Positions 25,925 to 35,460 of a DNA stretch of 46,969 bases are shown in pieces; positions within the stretch are counted from its first letter, which is position 1; each line of letters begins with the position of its first letter. Origin of the DNA: Candidatus Dojkabacteria bacterium (GTDB lineage: Bacteria; Patescibacteriota; Dojkabacteria; JAHIVN01); the NCBI GenBank assembly GCA_028696515.1, contig JAQVGX010000001.1:1-46969 (forward strand), in the 5' to 3' direction. The position numbers were made by a program, and so were the translations under genes. Under the pieces are notes generated by a model. The model was not told the origin of the DNA, did no database searches, and worked only from the letters and a program-made list of their open reading frames with translations.

Positions 25925-26512
25925 ATGGTCACAATCGGCATCCAAGGCGGCAAGGGCAGTTTCAATGATGAAGCCTGCCAATATTTCTGTAAAGTGCATG
26001 ATGTTAAAAACTTTAGCATAAAGTATCTTTTTACCACAGAAAATGTACTAAGTAATCTACACTTGGGAAAAATAGATTATGGACAATTTGCTATAGAAGA
26101 CCCTCTTGGAGGCATAGTAAACGAATCCATTGATGCGCTTACCAAATATACATGTAAAATTGTCGATAAGTTTAAATACCCTATAAATCTGCACCTGCTG
26201 ACTCATAAAGATGTAAGGCTAGAAGATATCAAAATCTTCATGACTCACCCCCAAATCTTTAAGCAATGCAAAAATACTTTAAAGAAAAAATACCCTGATA
26301 AAGAAATACAGTTTGGCAAAGGGGAGATGATAGATCAGGCAAAGGCAGCTGAAAAGTTATCAAACGGTGAGATAGAAAATGATATTGCTATCATAGGCTC
26401 CAAAATTCTGATTGAAAAATATGAGGACTTGAAAATTATAGATGAAAATCTTGAAGATCAAGAAAATAATTCTTCGACATTTATATTCTGCACGCGCAGA
26501 TATATTGTCTAA
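25925..26512 (+). CDS. pheA: Prephenate dehydratase catalytic (PDT) domain protein, no ACT domain
   Basis: IGIQGGKGSFNDEA (compare GP.GTFSEEA), the conserved HPQ motif in MTHPQIFKQC, and a C-terminal N..STF resembling the N.TRF motif. Only 195 aa. Confidence 0.6.
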   Translation: MVTIGIQGGKGSFNDEACQYFCKVHDVKNFSIKYLFTTENVLSNLHLGKIDYGQFAIEDPLGGIVNESIDALTKYTCKIVDKFKYPINLHLLTHKDVRLEDIKIFMTHPQIFKQCKNTLKKKYPDKEIQFGKGEMIDQAKAAEKLSNGEIENDIAIIGSKILIEKYEDLKIIDENLEDQENNSSTFIFCTRRYIV

Positions 26513-26569
26513 ATACCTGCGTAAGACAAAACATTAGGATTTCTCCTATTATCGATACCAACTATTCAT

Positions 26570-26598
26570 TTGACTTAAAGCTGATTTCTAGGTATTCT
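26570..26598 (+). promoter_or_regulatory. Sigma70-like promoter of the 8.8-kb gene
   Basis: TTGACT (26570-26575), 17-nt spacer, TATTCT (26593-26598), about 39 nt before ATG 26637. Confidence 0.35.
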
Positions 26599-26636
26599 GT
26601 AGTCGAAAAAGCCTGTTGGATTTTGTTTTGTATACT

Positions 26637-29600
26637 ATGTTCAAATTGACAAAAAATACAACCATTCAACTCACGATAAAATTATTTATCCTATCCTCGA
26701 TACTAATCAGCTTTTCGTTCTCCCCGAGACCTGTGAATGCAGAACTGTACGAATGGGATACATCATTTAGTTCCGATGGCGTTGCAATCAATGCAAGTAC
26801 CGCCGGAGGAGATGGACATGAACAGATAAATGACATAGAAATTCAATCAGACGGAAAGTATATAGCCACTGGCTGGAGTGTTGGGATTCTAGATGCGTCT
26901 TCCAAAACTTATGCCGATTTAGCAGTTTTGAGATTCAACTCAAATGGTACACTTGACACTTCATTTGGAGGAACAGGATACGTAACAAGTAGGATTGGTG
27001 ATAATGAATATTCTATGAGTGCTGGGAACGCAATTAAGATACAAAATGATGGTAAATATATCGTAGTCGGAGCCAAATTCAGCGAAGATAGTATATTTGG
27101 TCATATGAATGTTGTCTTATGGAGATTCAATTCAGATGGAACACTTGATACTTCATTCAATTCTACAGGTTATAATATTTTCACAGATATAGAGGGTGTA
27201 GGTTTGGACTTAGAAATTGAGAACGATGGTCAGCCCGATATGTCATATATCGTTTCGGGAACTTCAGATGGATCAACTGCCATTTGGAAATTTGACACCA
27301 ACGGTGACATAGAACCAGGTTTTGGAAGTCTAGGTTCCCAAAAGGTCACAAATGGAGAAGGAAATTTCTCTTCCGACCTAGATTTTTTTGGATACTCAAT
27401 AACGTATTTGGGGGATCTTGATATCGACGGAGTAGATGACCTTGCTGTTGGAGAAAAAGAAGACAACGGGACAGGATCAGTACAAATAGTATTTATGAAC
27501 AGTGATGGAACTATCAAAAGCTCTTCAAAGATTGGTGAAGGTGAAGGAGGTTTTGGAGGATCATTAGATTCCAACGACGACTTTGGATTTTCTATCTCAG
27601 AAATAGGCGATCTTGATAACGATGGAGTCGTTGATATTGCAGTCGGTGCTCAGTATGACGATGACGAGAATGCGGATAGCGGTGCAATATGGGTAATATT
27701 TCTAAACTCGGATGGAACAGTAAAGGCAGAACAAAAGATTAGTGATACTGAGGGGAACTTTACTGGACAGCTTGATACCGCCGATTACTTTGGCTCTTCT
27801 ATCACAAATCTTGGAGATCTTGATGCAGATGGAGTACAAGATCTAGCAGTTGGAACTATGCGAGACGATGATGGAGGTACCAATCGTGGAGCTGTATGGA
27901 TTCTTTTCATGAACACCAATGGAACAGTAAAAGCTGAGCAGAAAATTAGCGATACCCAGGGTGGATTTCTAGGTACTATCTCAAACAATGATTCCTTTGG
28001 AAGAGTAGTAGAAAACATCGGCGATCTGGACGGAGATCTAATAACCGATATCGCTGTCGGAGCTCCATACGATGCAGGGAACAGTTCCGCCGAAGGGTCA
28101 ACTTGGATTCTATTTCTTAACACAGACGGTACAGTTAAGTCATATCAAGAGATTAATGATCTTCAAGGAGGATTTACTGGAGGACTAACAAGCGGAGATT
28201 TCTTTGGCATTTCTATTACTGATCTAGGAGATCTGGACACAGATGGAGTTCAAGATATAGCTGTCGGAGGCATTGGAGAAGATGGTAAGGTGGGAGGAGT
28301 TTGGATACTTTTTCTAAACTCAAATGGGACAGTTAAATCACATCAACTAATCAGCAACACAGCTGGAAGTTTCACCGGCGGTCTCGAACAATACGACTAC
28401 TTCGGAATATCACTTGAGAATATAGACGACTTTGATGGAGATGGTGTTCAGGATATCGCTATAGGGGCTACAGGTGGCGATTTTAATTCTGAAAGTGTGC
28501 CAAGCTGGAATGCCCGACGCGAAATACTGTGGATAATTTATCTAAATACTAATGGTACAGTAAAGGGCTTTGAGAAACTTCGAAATCCGGAAGGGCTTTT
28601 TCATGGATTTCTTGACGGACAGGACTACTTTGGCTCGGCAGTAACGAGTATAGGAGACATTGACTTAGATGGGTACGAAGATTTGGCTGTTGGTGCTCCT
28701 GGAGATGACGGTGGAGGGACAAATCAGGGAGCAGTTTGGATTCTTCATCTAAACGAGAATGCACAAGTCATAACTCACCAAAAAATCAGTGAAATAGAGG
28801 GAGGTTTTACGGGTGTACTGGATACTCTTGACTACTTCGGAACATCTGTTGCAAACATAGGAGATCTAGACAACGACGGTGTAATCGACTTGGCCGTCGG
28901 AGCCTATGGGGACGATGATGGCGGAAGCGGCCGAGGAGCAGTCTGGATTCTTTTTATGAATAGTGACAGCACAGTCAAATCAATACAGAAAATCAGTAAC
29001 ACAGCTGGCGGTTTTGGTGGAACCTTAGATAACGACGACTGGTTCGGATCCTCCGTTGCCCCATTGGGAGATCTTGATGGAGATGGTGTTGAGGATATTG
29101 CCGTTGGAGCAGAAAAAGATGACGATGACCACTCAGATGCAGGCGCAGTATGGATACTATTCCTTAATACAGACGGTACTGTAAAGAGTTACCAAAAAAT
29201 GAGCGACTCTACCGGCGGATTGATAATTGATCTTACAAGCACCAACTACTTTGGGGCATCAATAGCCAATATTGGTGATCTTGACGATGACGGAATTGTT
29301 GATATAGCAGTCGGAGCATACAATAGGACGGCTACTTCAAAAGGATCGCTTTCCATAATATTCCTAAATACCAATGGTACTGTAAAATCAGATTATGAAA
29401 TTACCTCAGGAACATTCCCGGTTACCATAGATAATTCAGACTGGTTCGGATACTCAGTCACCGATATTGGAGATGTGGATTCAGACGGAGTTCAGGATTT
29501 AGCTATCGGCATGCCAAGAGATGATGATGGAGGAACCGATCGTGGAGCTACTTGGATCACATTTATGAATACCAACGGAAGTGTAAAAACTGTGCAAAAA

Positions 29601-32600
29601 CTAAGTGATACTCAAGGACAGTTCGGCGCAACTTATGAAGATGGTGACTATTTTGGATCCGCTCTAGGAAGCTTGGCAGATCTTGATGGTAACGGGGAAA
29701 GAGAACTCGTGGTAGGTGTTGAACGTGAGAGTAATAATTACACCTATGGCGACAGAGGAGCTATCTATACTATTTCTATTGATGCCGATGGAACAGTTAA
29801 CAGAACTTCTTCTGAAGTTGGAGGCTACGGATACGCTATTTTCACTAGCGGAACATATGGAAATGATCTTTTAATTCAAAGTGATGGGAAATACGTTATA
29901 TGTGGAGTTGACTATTCAGGATCCTACGCTCGAGACTTTGCCCTTTGGCGTATAAACAGCGATGGAAGCTTGGACACAACGTTTAATGGGGCTGGATATG
30001 TTACACACACTCATGCTGCAGGAGGTGGACTAGAGGAATGCTCCACCTTACAAGTTCAATCTGATGGCAAATATATAGCAGCAGGGTATGCAAGCAGCCC
30101 TGATAACCATAGTACAAACTACGAAATGACTCTTTGGCGCTATAACACCAACGGATCTTTAGATACCACCTTTGACAGTGATGGATATGCCGTATATTCA
30201 AATGCTGCAGGCGGATACGGACATGATTGGGGGAAGAGCTTAGAAATTGAAAACGATGGCCAGCCTACTATGAAATATGTAGTCGGAGGTTACAGCTGGA
30301 ATCCTGACCTTGATCCTGATATAGCTGTCTGGAGGTTAAATGAAAACGGTTCTCTGGACACAACTTTTCATAATCAAGGATATATAACTCTGGGAAATTC
30401 GGCTGGCGGAAATGATTCAGATGTTATTACTGATTTGGAGATTCAATCTGATGGGAAGTATATAATGGGCGGTTACTCTACTGGAACTGACGGCACATTC
30501 GATGCTGCAATTTGGAGATTGCAGGAACAAGGGGCAACAGGAGGAACAGGGATAGTCGTTTTCGAGGATAAAGAGCCTTATACAAGTTTATCTAAAACCA
30601 AAAGTTTATCGTCTTCTAATGTATTGGGGGATAATCAAGAGAACTTATCCGATAACTCTGAAGAGATAAAACACAAGGTCCAGCCATTGAAAAATAAGGT
30701 TAATTCTACTATTTCAAACATAATTTATACAACAAATACTTTAAACAAAACTGAGGCCCTCTCCTCAAAGATTTTATTAATTATAGGAATAATATCAATA
30801 AGTGGAACTGCAATAATTTGGATAAAATTTAAAAGATTATCAACTCCAAAATATCGAGATTTTAATCCTTTCGGTTTATACAAAAAAGAAACAGTCAACT
30901 ATAAACATTTACTTAGGAAACTTGCCTTTTCAGCTAATTCAAATCGAAAGCTCTTTATCGTACTCATTACACTTATCTTTACGATTGTAAACCTTTCGGT
31001 CCTACCTTTCGCAAAGAACACAAATGCTGCCTGGGATACAACATTCGATTCAGACGGATTCCTCTGGTATGATGAAGGTTACGGGTGGGATATTGGATAT
31101 GATTTGGAAATACTTCCTAGCGGAAAAATCTTGGTAGCAGGTTTTGTTACAAATTCTAGCGGGAATTGGGATATGGCTTTATGGCAATATAATAGTGATG
31201 GAACTCTTGACACGGCCAATTTCAACACCCCAAATGGATATGTTACCCATGACAGTGCAGCCGGTGGGGGTGATAGAGATAGTAGTTATTCATTGGCAGT
31301 TCAAACAGATGGGAAGATACTAGTAACAGGTTATAGTCTAAATTCAGCCTCAGACGGAGACCTTGTGATATGGAGATACAACAGTGACGGAACGATGGAT
31401 GATACTTTCGGTGACGGCAGTTGCAATAACGGGGTTGGTGTAGGATCCGATATGGGATGTGTGGTTCACCACAATGCAGCTGGTGGCGACGGGTATGATT
31501 CAGCTACTACAGTACTAGTCAATGATGCTGGTAAGATAATAGCTGTTGGATCAAGTGAAAACTCTCCAAGTACCTACGATTATAGTCTCGTAGTTTGGCA
31601 GTACAATAGTGATGGAACTATGGATGATACCTTTGGTGACGGCAGTTGCAATAATGGAGTTGGTGTTGGATCAGATATGGGATGTGTAGTTTTTCCAGGG
31701 CTAACAGCAGATGCAGATAACTGGAGCGACGGAGCTGTATTACAATCAGATGGAAAAATTGTAGCTGTCGGTTCTGCAGACAATGATACAAACTATTATG
31801 ATATGGCAATATGGAGATTCAATACTGACGGGACATTGGATGATACTTTCGGAGATGGGACTTGTAGTAATGGAGCAGGTATTAGTGGTGATATGGGTTG
31901 CGCTATTCACCATAATGCTGCAGGTGGCAATGATGACGACTTTGGAATTGCTGTAGCGATTGATGGTAATAATAATATTGTTGCAGCTGGATACAGTTAC
32001 AGCTCAACAAATGGTACAGATCTAGCTGTTTGGAGGTACAATTCTGACGGTGAACTGGATACCTCATTCAGCTCAGATGGATATACCTCTCATAATAGTG
32101 CAGCTGGAGGATCCTGGTGGGATTCTGGAGAAGATCTTGTTATCCAGAGCGACAACAAAATTGTTATCTCCGGGCAAAGTGATGACTCTGACGGTAATAC
32201 CGATATGACTATCTGGAGATATCAGACCGATGGAACACTAGACCCTTACTTCGGAGACGGAACATGCGTAAATGGAGTCAATTCAGGACACGGCTGTGTC
32301 AACCACAATGGTGATGAGGCTATTGCTGGCTTTAATGATGACTATGGTGGAGGAATAGATATAGTCGCTGATGGTACTTTTATCGTAAGTGGACAGGCAC
32401 AAGAAACTAACGTACAAAACAGAGATATGGCTATGTGGAAATTCATCCAAAGAAGCTACCAGATACTAAATCTAGATTCGTCTCTCAATGCAACCGACAG
32501 TTCAGGAAATAATGTTGAGGACGGATCAGCATATGGGTTAGAGGGGTCTTATACCATAAACATCACTGATACTTCGGGTAACTATATCGGCGAAGTATTG

Positions 32601-35435
32601 ACTGACTTCTCAGCCGATCTTGATTGGGGAAGCGTTATGGGTGATATCGATATGACTGAAAGGAAGTCCGTTATAGATAATCTCAGCTCAGCAGATGGAA
32701 CTGCAGCTACACATACACTTTACGTTCCAAAGGGAACGAGTGATACATCAGTGGGCATTTGTCCAAGTGCCACAGACCTCGCAAGTGTCAACGAGACATG
32801 TCCCGGATTGGAAATAAAAACAGCTGCATTTCCAGACGCATCAGTTGTCACACTTGGAGGCAACGAATACTGGAAAATAACCGGCCTCACAAGCACTGGC
32901 GGATTCAGTACTACATTAACACTTGATCCTACAACTAATACATTTGATGATGAATTTGATATCATACCTAATGCTACTTGCTCTCTTCGAGAAGCTGTAC
33001 AGGCTGTAAATATTCAAGCAGCATTTGGCGGATGTGATGCTCCAAATGATCAAAATGCAGTTATTCTTGAAGCAGGGACATATCAGTTAGATATTCTTGG
33101 CAGAGATGAGGACAATAACACCTCCGGGGATTTAGACATACTGCATGATATATCAGTTATAGGAGATGGAGAAACGCAAACAGTCATTAAGGGGAACCCC
33201 GACGGAGCAGAAGAGAGTACAAGAGATAGAGTATTCCAGCTTCACGATACTTATTCAGCCAATTTCGCTTACCTCACAATAAGGGACGGCTATCAAGAAA
33301 TCCCTGATTCTGCATTATATTCACTTCAAGGGGCTGGTATTCGTGCCGGAGCTGGTGTCTCTTTGGATCTAAATCACATTACTGTTAGAAACAACATACT
33401 ATATGATGATGTAAATAGCGAGTGGGGAGAGGGTGCAGGTGTATGTGTTGACGGTTCAAATATAGATCTCAGCATTAATGACTCAAATTTAATTTATAAT
33501 ACTATTGATGCCTTTGAAGGGCATGGAAGTGGAGGTGGAGGCCTTGCAGTTCTGGGAACAGCCGGAACTCATGACGTTTATATCAACAATTCAACTTTTA
33601 ACAACAATGAAGTAATCGTAACCGACGAATGGGAGGCTTATGGAGCCGGAATCAACATCGATGAGGCAGATGTCGAGATCTACAATAGTGAGATCAATGA
33701 TAATTACCTTCAAACTTACGCATCAACATATGGAGCAGGATTAAACATCTGGTGGACTTACTCACAACCGGCAATAATTGAAGATACCTCAATATCCGGG
33801 AATACAGCTGAAATCATAGCTCCTTGGGACATTTTGATCTGGGGAGTTGGCTTTAATTCTTTCAATGCAGTAAATATTAACAGATGTGATATAAGCAGAA
33901 ATGTTCTAACTGGAACATCATTTGGAGACTATCTTGAAATTTGGGCTGGCGGAGCGTACGTAACAGACGATTCTATCGTTACAAATTCCACAATAAGTAA
34001 CAATCTCATTGATGTTAGGGCTTCAGAAAACAACAGTGAACTAATATATGGAGCAGGGATAACACTCGACGGAGATACTATAGAGTTAACGAATAACACT
34101 ATAAGTGGGAATGAGATTAATGTTACATACGATACCATCGATACCGACCCCTATGTAACTCCATATATCATGGGAGCTGGTGGTATGAACATCTCAAACG
34201 ATGCTAGGCTTTCATTCAACACTATAGCTGACAACTCTATTTTCCCTTCTACTTATAATTACTTTGATAAATTTGGTAAGATTGGCAGCGGATATTTTGA
34301 ATGGGGTTATTCTTCTCTCAAATCCAATGTCTTCGACAATGTTCAAGACAACAATTCTGATTGTTTTGACGAAAACTATTATTGGAATGGATATGTAAGA
34401 CTAACTTCAGAAGGCTATAATTTCAATTCTGACGGCTCCTGCGTAGGTCCGGATATACAACCTAGCGATGACATAAGCACTGATCCTCTTATACAACCAC
34501 TTGACGATAATGGCGGAGGATTAGAAACCCATGCCCTGCTCCAGGCGAGTCCTCCGGTAGACTATTCATCGAACTGCTATGACGCCTTTGGTAGATTGGT
34601 AACCAACGATGAGCGTTTGGAAGATCGTCCAGTTGATGGTGATGAAAATGGTTCAGCCGTATGTGACAGTGGAGCGTATGAATACAACCCCGAGCAATCG
34701 GTACCTTATTGCGGAGATGGAAACCTTGATGATGGAGAAGAATGTGACGACGGCAATAATCAGGATGGAGACGGGTGCAGTGCTATATGTGAAATTGAAT
34801 CTCAGGAACCATACTGCGGTGACGGAAATGTAGATCAAGATGAACAATGCGATGACGGTAATACAACAAGCGGAGATGGATGTTCATCCAACTGTGAATT
34901 CGAGGAGGGAATATTCCACAACTGTGATGAGCACCTTGACTTCACTTTTTCTTACAACTTTGGTAATCCTGCTTGGTGGGACTCTGGGAATGCACCTCCG
35001 GAAGACATCGACTGCACCTGGGAACAGACACAGGGAACTGAAACAATAATCTTTGATCCGGAGAATGAAACTACTGAAGCCTTGAGCGATAGTGCCTATC
35101 CTCTTCAAGTTTCTACTGAAATTGAATTTGAGAATACTCCAGCAAATCGAAATGAAACTTATGGTGTCAGGGCAGTTTGTGAAGGATGGGAAAGTCCTGA
35201 GGAAACTTTTCTGGCAGGAGAAAAAATTGACTGCTGTGAAGATAGCATCATACCTTTCTTGCCCGAAACAGGAGAATTACCTAATACATATAATTTTGAC
35301 CTGAGCACCAGATACTGGATTATGCTGGGAATCAATCTCATACTTCTGGGATTTTCTATGAGGATTTTATTTGATTATTTTGCAAGATTTAAATATGTTA
35401 ATCTTATCAAAATAACAAATTCAAACAGATCTTAA
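26637..35435 (+). CDS. Giant (~2930 aa) multi-domain surface protein: delta-60 repeats, 12 FG-GAP repeats, internal TM hairpin, delta-60 repeats, CSLREA/parallel beta-helix, 2 Cys-rich repeats, LPETG anchor
   Basis: Signal peptide MFKLTK...SFSPRPVNA|E. LDTSF..TGY / SDGKYI delta-60 periodicity. FG-GAP consensus D.FG.S...(I/L)GDLD.DG..D(L/I)AVGA 12 times. CSLREA at 32979-32996. CGDGN..(D/Q).E(E/Q)CDDGN...GDGCS..C twice. LPETG at 35259-35273, then a TM helix and a basic tail. Confidence 0.9.
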   Translation: MFKLTKNTTIQLTIKLFILSSILISFSFSPRPVNAELYEWDTSFSSDGVAINASTAGGDGHEQINDIEIQSDGKYIATGWSVGILDASSKTYADLAVLRFNSNGTLDTSFGGTGYVTSRIGDNEYSMSAGNAIKIQNDGKYIVVGAKFSEDSIFGHMNVVLWRFNSDGTLDTSFNSTGYNIFTDIEGVGLDLEIENDGQPDMSYIVSGTSDGSTAIWKFDTNGDIEPGFGSLGSQKVTNGEGNFSSDLDFFGYSITYLGDLDIDGVDDLAVGEKEDNGTGSVQIVFMNSDGTIKSSSKIGEGEGGFGGSLDSNDDFGFSISEIGDLDNDGVVDIAVGAQYDDDENADSGAIWVIFLNSDGTVKAEQKISDTEGNFTGQLDTADYFGSSITNLGDLDADGVQDLAVGTMRDDDGGTNRGAVWILFMNTNGTVKAEQKISDTQGGFLGTISNNDSFGRVVENIGDLDGDLITDIAVGAPYDAGNSSAEGSTWILFLNTDGTVKSYQEINDLQGGFTGGLTSGDFFGISITDLGDLDTDGVQDIAVGGIGEDGKVGGVWILFLNSNGTVKSHQLISNTAGSFTGGLEQYDYFGISLENIDDFDGDGVQDIAIGATGGDFNSESVPSWNARREILWIIYLNTNGTVKGFEKLRNPEGLFHGFLDGQDYFGSAVTSIGDIDLDGYEDLAVGAPGDDGGGTNQGAVWILHLNENAQVITHQKISEIEGGFTGVLDTLDYFGTSVANIGDLDNDGVIDLAVGAYGDDDGGSGRGAVWILFMNSDSTVKSIQKISNTAGGFGGTLDNDDWFGSSVAPLGDLDGDGVEDIAVGAEKDDDDHSDAGAVWILFLNTDGTVKSYQKMSDSTGGLIIDLTSTNYFGASIANIGDLDDDGIVDIAVGAYNRTATSKGSLSIIFLNTNGTVKSDYEITSGTFPVTIDNSDWFGYSVTDIGDVDSDGVQDLAIGMPRDDDGGTDRGATWITFMNTNGSVKTVQKLSDTQGQFGATYEDGDYFGSALGSLADLDGNGERELVVGVERESNNYTYGDRGAIYTISIDADGTVNRTSSEVGGYGYAIFTSGTYGNDLLIQSDGKYVICGVDYSGSYARDFALWRINSDGSLDTTFNGAGYVTHTHAAGGGLEECSTLQVQSDGKYIAAGYASSPDNHSTNYEMTLWRYNTNGSLDTTFDSDGYAVYSNAAGGYGHDWGKSLEIENDGQPTMKYVVGGYSWNPDLDPDIAVWRLNENGSLDTTFHNQGYITLGNSAGGNDSDVITDLEIQSDGKYIMGGYSTGTDGTFDAAIWRLQEQGATGGTGIVVFEDKEPYTSLSKTKSLSSSNVLGDNQENLSDNSEEIKHKVQPLKNKVNSTISNIIYTTNTLNKTEALSSKILLIIGIISISGTAIIWIKFKRLSTPKYRDFNPFGLYKKETVNYKHLLRKLAFSANSNRKLFIVLITLIFTIVNLSVLPFAKNTNAAWDTTFDSDGFLWYDEGYGWDIGYDLEILPSGKILVAGFVTNSSGNWDMALWQYNSDGTLDTANFNTPNGYVTHDSAAGGGDRDSSYSLAVQTDGKILVTGYSLNSASDGDLVIWRYNSDGTMDDTFGDGSCNNGVGVGSDMGCVVHHNAAGGDGYDSATTVLVNDAGKIIAVGSSENSPSTYDYSLVVWQYNSDGTMDDTFGDGSCNNGVGVGSDMGCVVFPGLTADADNWSDGAVLQSDGKIVAVGSADNDTNYYDMAIWRFNTDGTLDDTFGDGTCSNGAGISGDMGCAIHHNAAGGNDDDFGIAVAIDGNNNIVAAGYSYSSTNGTDLAVWRYNSDGELDTSFSSDGYTSHNSAAGGSWWDSGEDLVIQSDNKIVISGQSDDSDGNTDMTIWRYQTDGTLDPYFGDGTCVNGVNSGHGCVNHNGDEAIAGFNDDYGGGIDIVADGTFIVSGQAQETNVQNRDMAMWKFIQRSYQILNLDSSLNATDSSGNNVEDGSAYGLEGSYTINITDTSGNYIGEVLTDFSADLDWGSVMGDIDMTERKSVIDNLSSADGTAATHTLYVPKGTSDTSVGICPSATDLASVNETCPGLEIKTAAFPDASVVTLGGNEYWKITGLTSTGGFSTTLTLDPTTNTFDDEFDIIPNATCSLREAVQAVNIQAAFGGCDAPNDQNAVILEAGTYQLDILGRDEDNNTSGDLDILHDISVIGDGETQTVIKGNPDGAEESTRDRVFQLHDTYSANFAYLTIRDGYQEIPDSALYSLQGAGIRAGAGVSLDLNHITVRNNILYDDVNSEWGEGAGVCVDGSNIDLSINDSNLIYNTIDAFEGHGSGGGGLAVLGTAGTHDVYINNSTFNNNEVIVTDEWEAYGAGINIDEADVEIYNSEINDNYLQTYASTYGAGLNIWWTYSQPAIIEDTSISGNTAEIIAPWDILIWGVGFNSFNAVNINRCDISRNVLTGTSFGDYLEIWAGGAYVTDDSIVTNSTISNNLIDVRASENNSELIYGAGITLDGDTIELTNNTISGNEINVTYDTIDTDPYVTPYIMGAGGMNISNDARLSFNTIADNSIFPSTYNYFDKFGKIGSGYFEWGYSSLKSNVFDNVQDNNSDCFDENYYWNGYVRLTSEGYNFNSDGSCVGPDIQPSDDISTDPLIQPLDDNGGGLETHALLQASPPVDYSSNCYDAFGRLVTNDERLEDRPVDGDENGSAVCDSGAYEYNPEQSVPYCGDGNLDDGEECDDGNNQDGDGCSAICEIESQEPYCGDGNVDQDEQCDDGNTTSGDGCSSNCEFEEGIFHNCDEHLDFTFSYNFGNPAWWDSGNAPPEDIDCTWEQTQGTETIIFDPENETTEALSDSAYPLQVSTEIEFENTPANRNETYGVRAVCEGWESPEETFLAGEKIDCCEDSIIPFLPETGELPNTYNFDLSTRYWIMLGINLILLGFSMRILFDYFARFKYVNLIKITNSNRS
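27381..29720 (+). repeat. Array of 12 FG-GAP-type coding repeats (period ~62-70 aa)
   Basis: Runs from DFFGYSITYLGDLDIDGVDDLAVG to DYFGSALGSLADLDGNGERELVVG. Each unit is followed by AVWI(L/I)F(L/M)N..GTVK-type strands. Confidence 0.85.
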
Positions 35436-35460
35436 TAGTTGCTTTATAAGCAATCAAACT

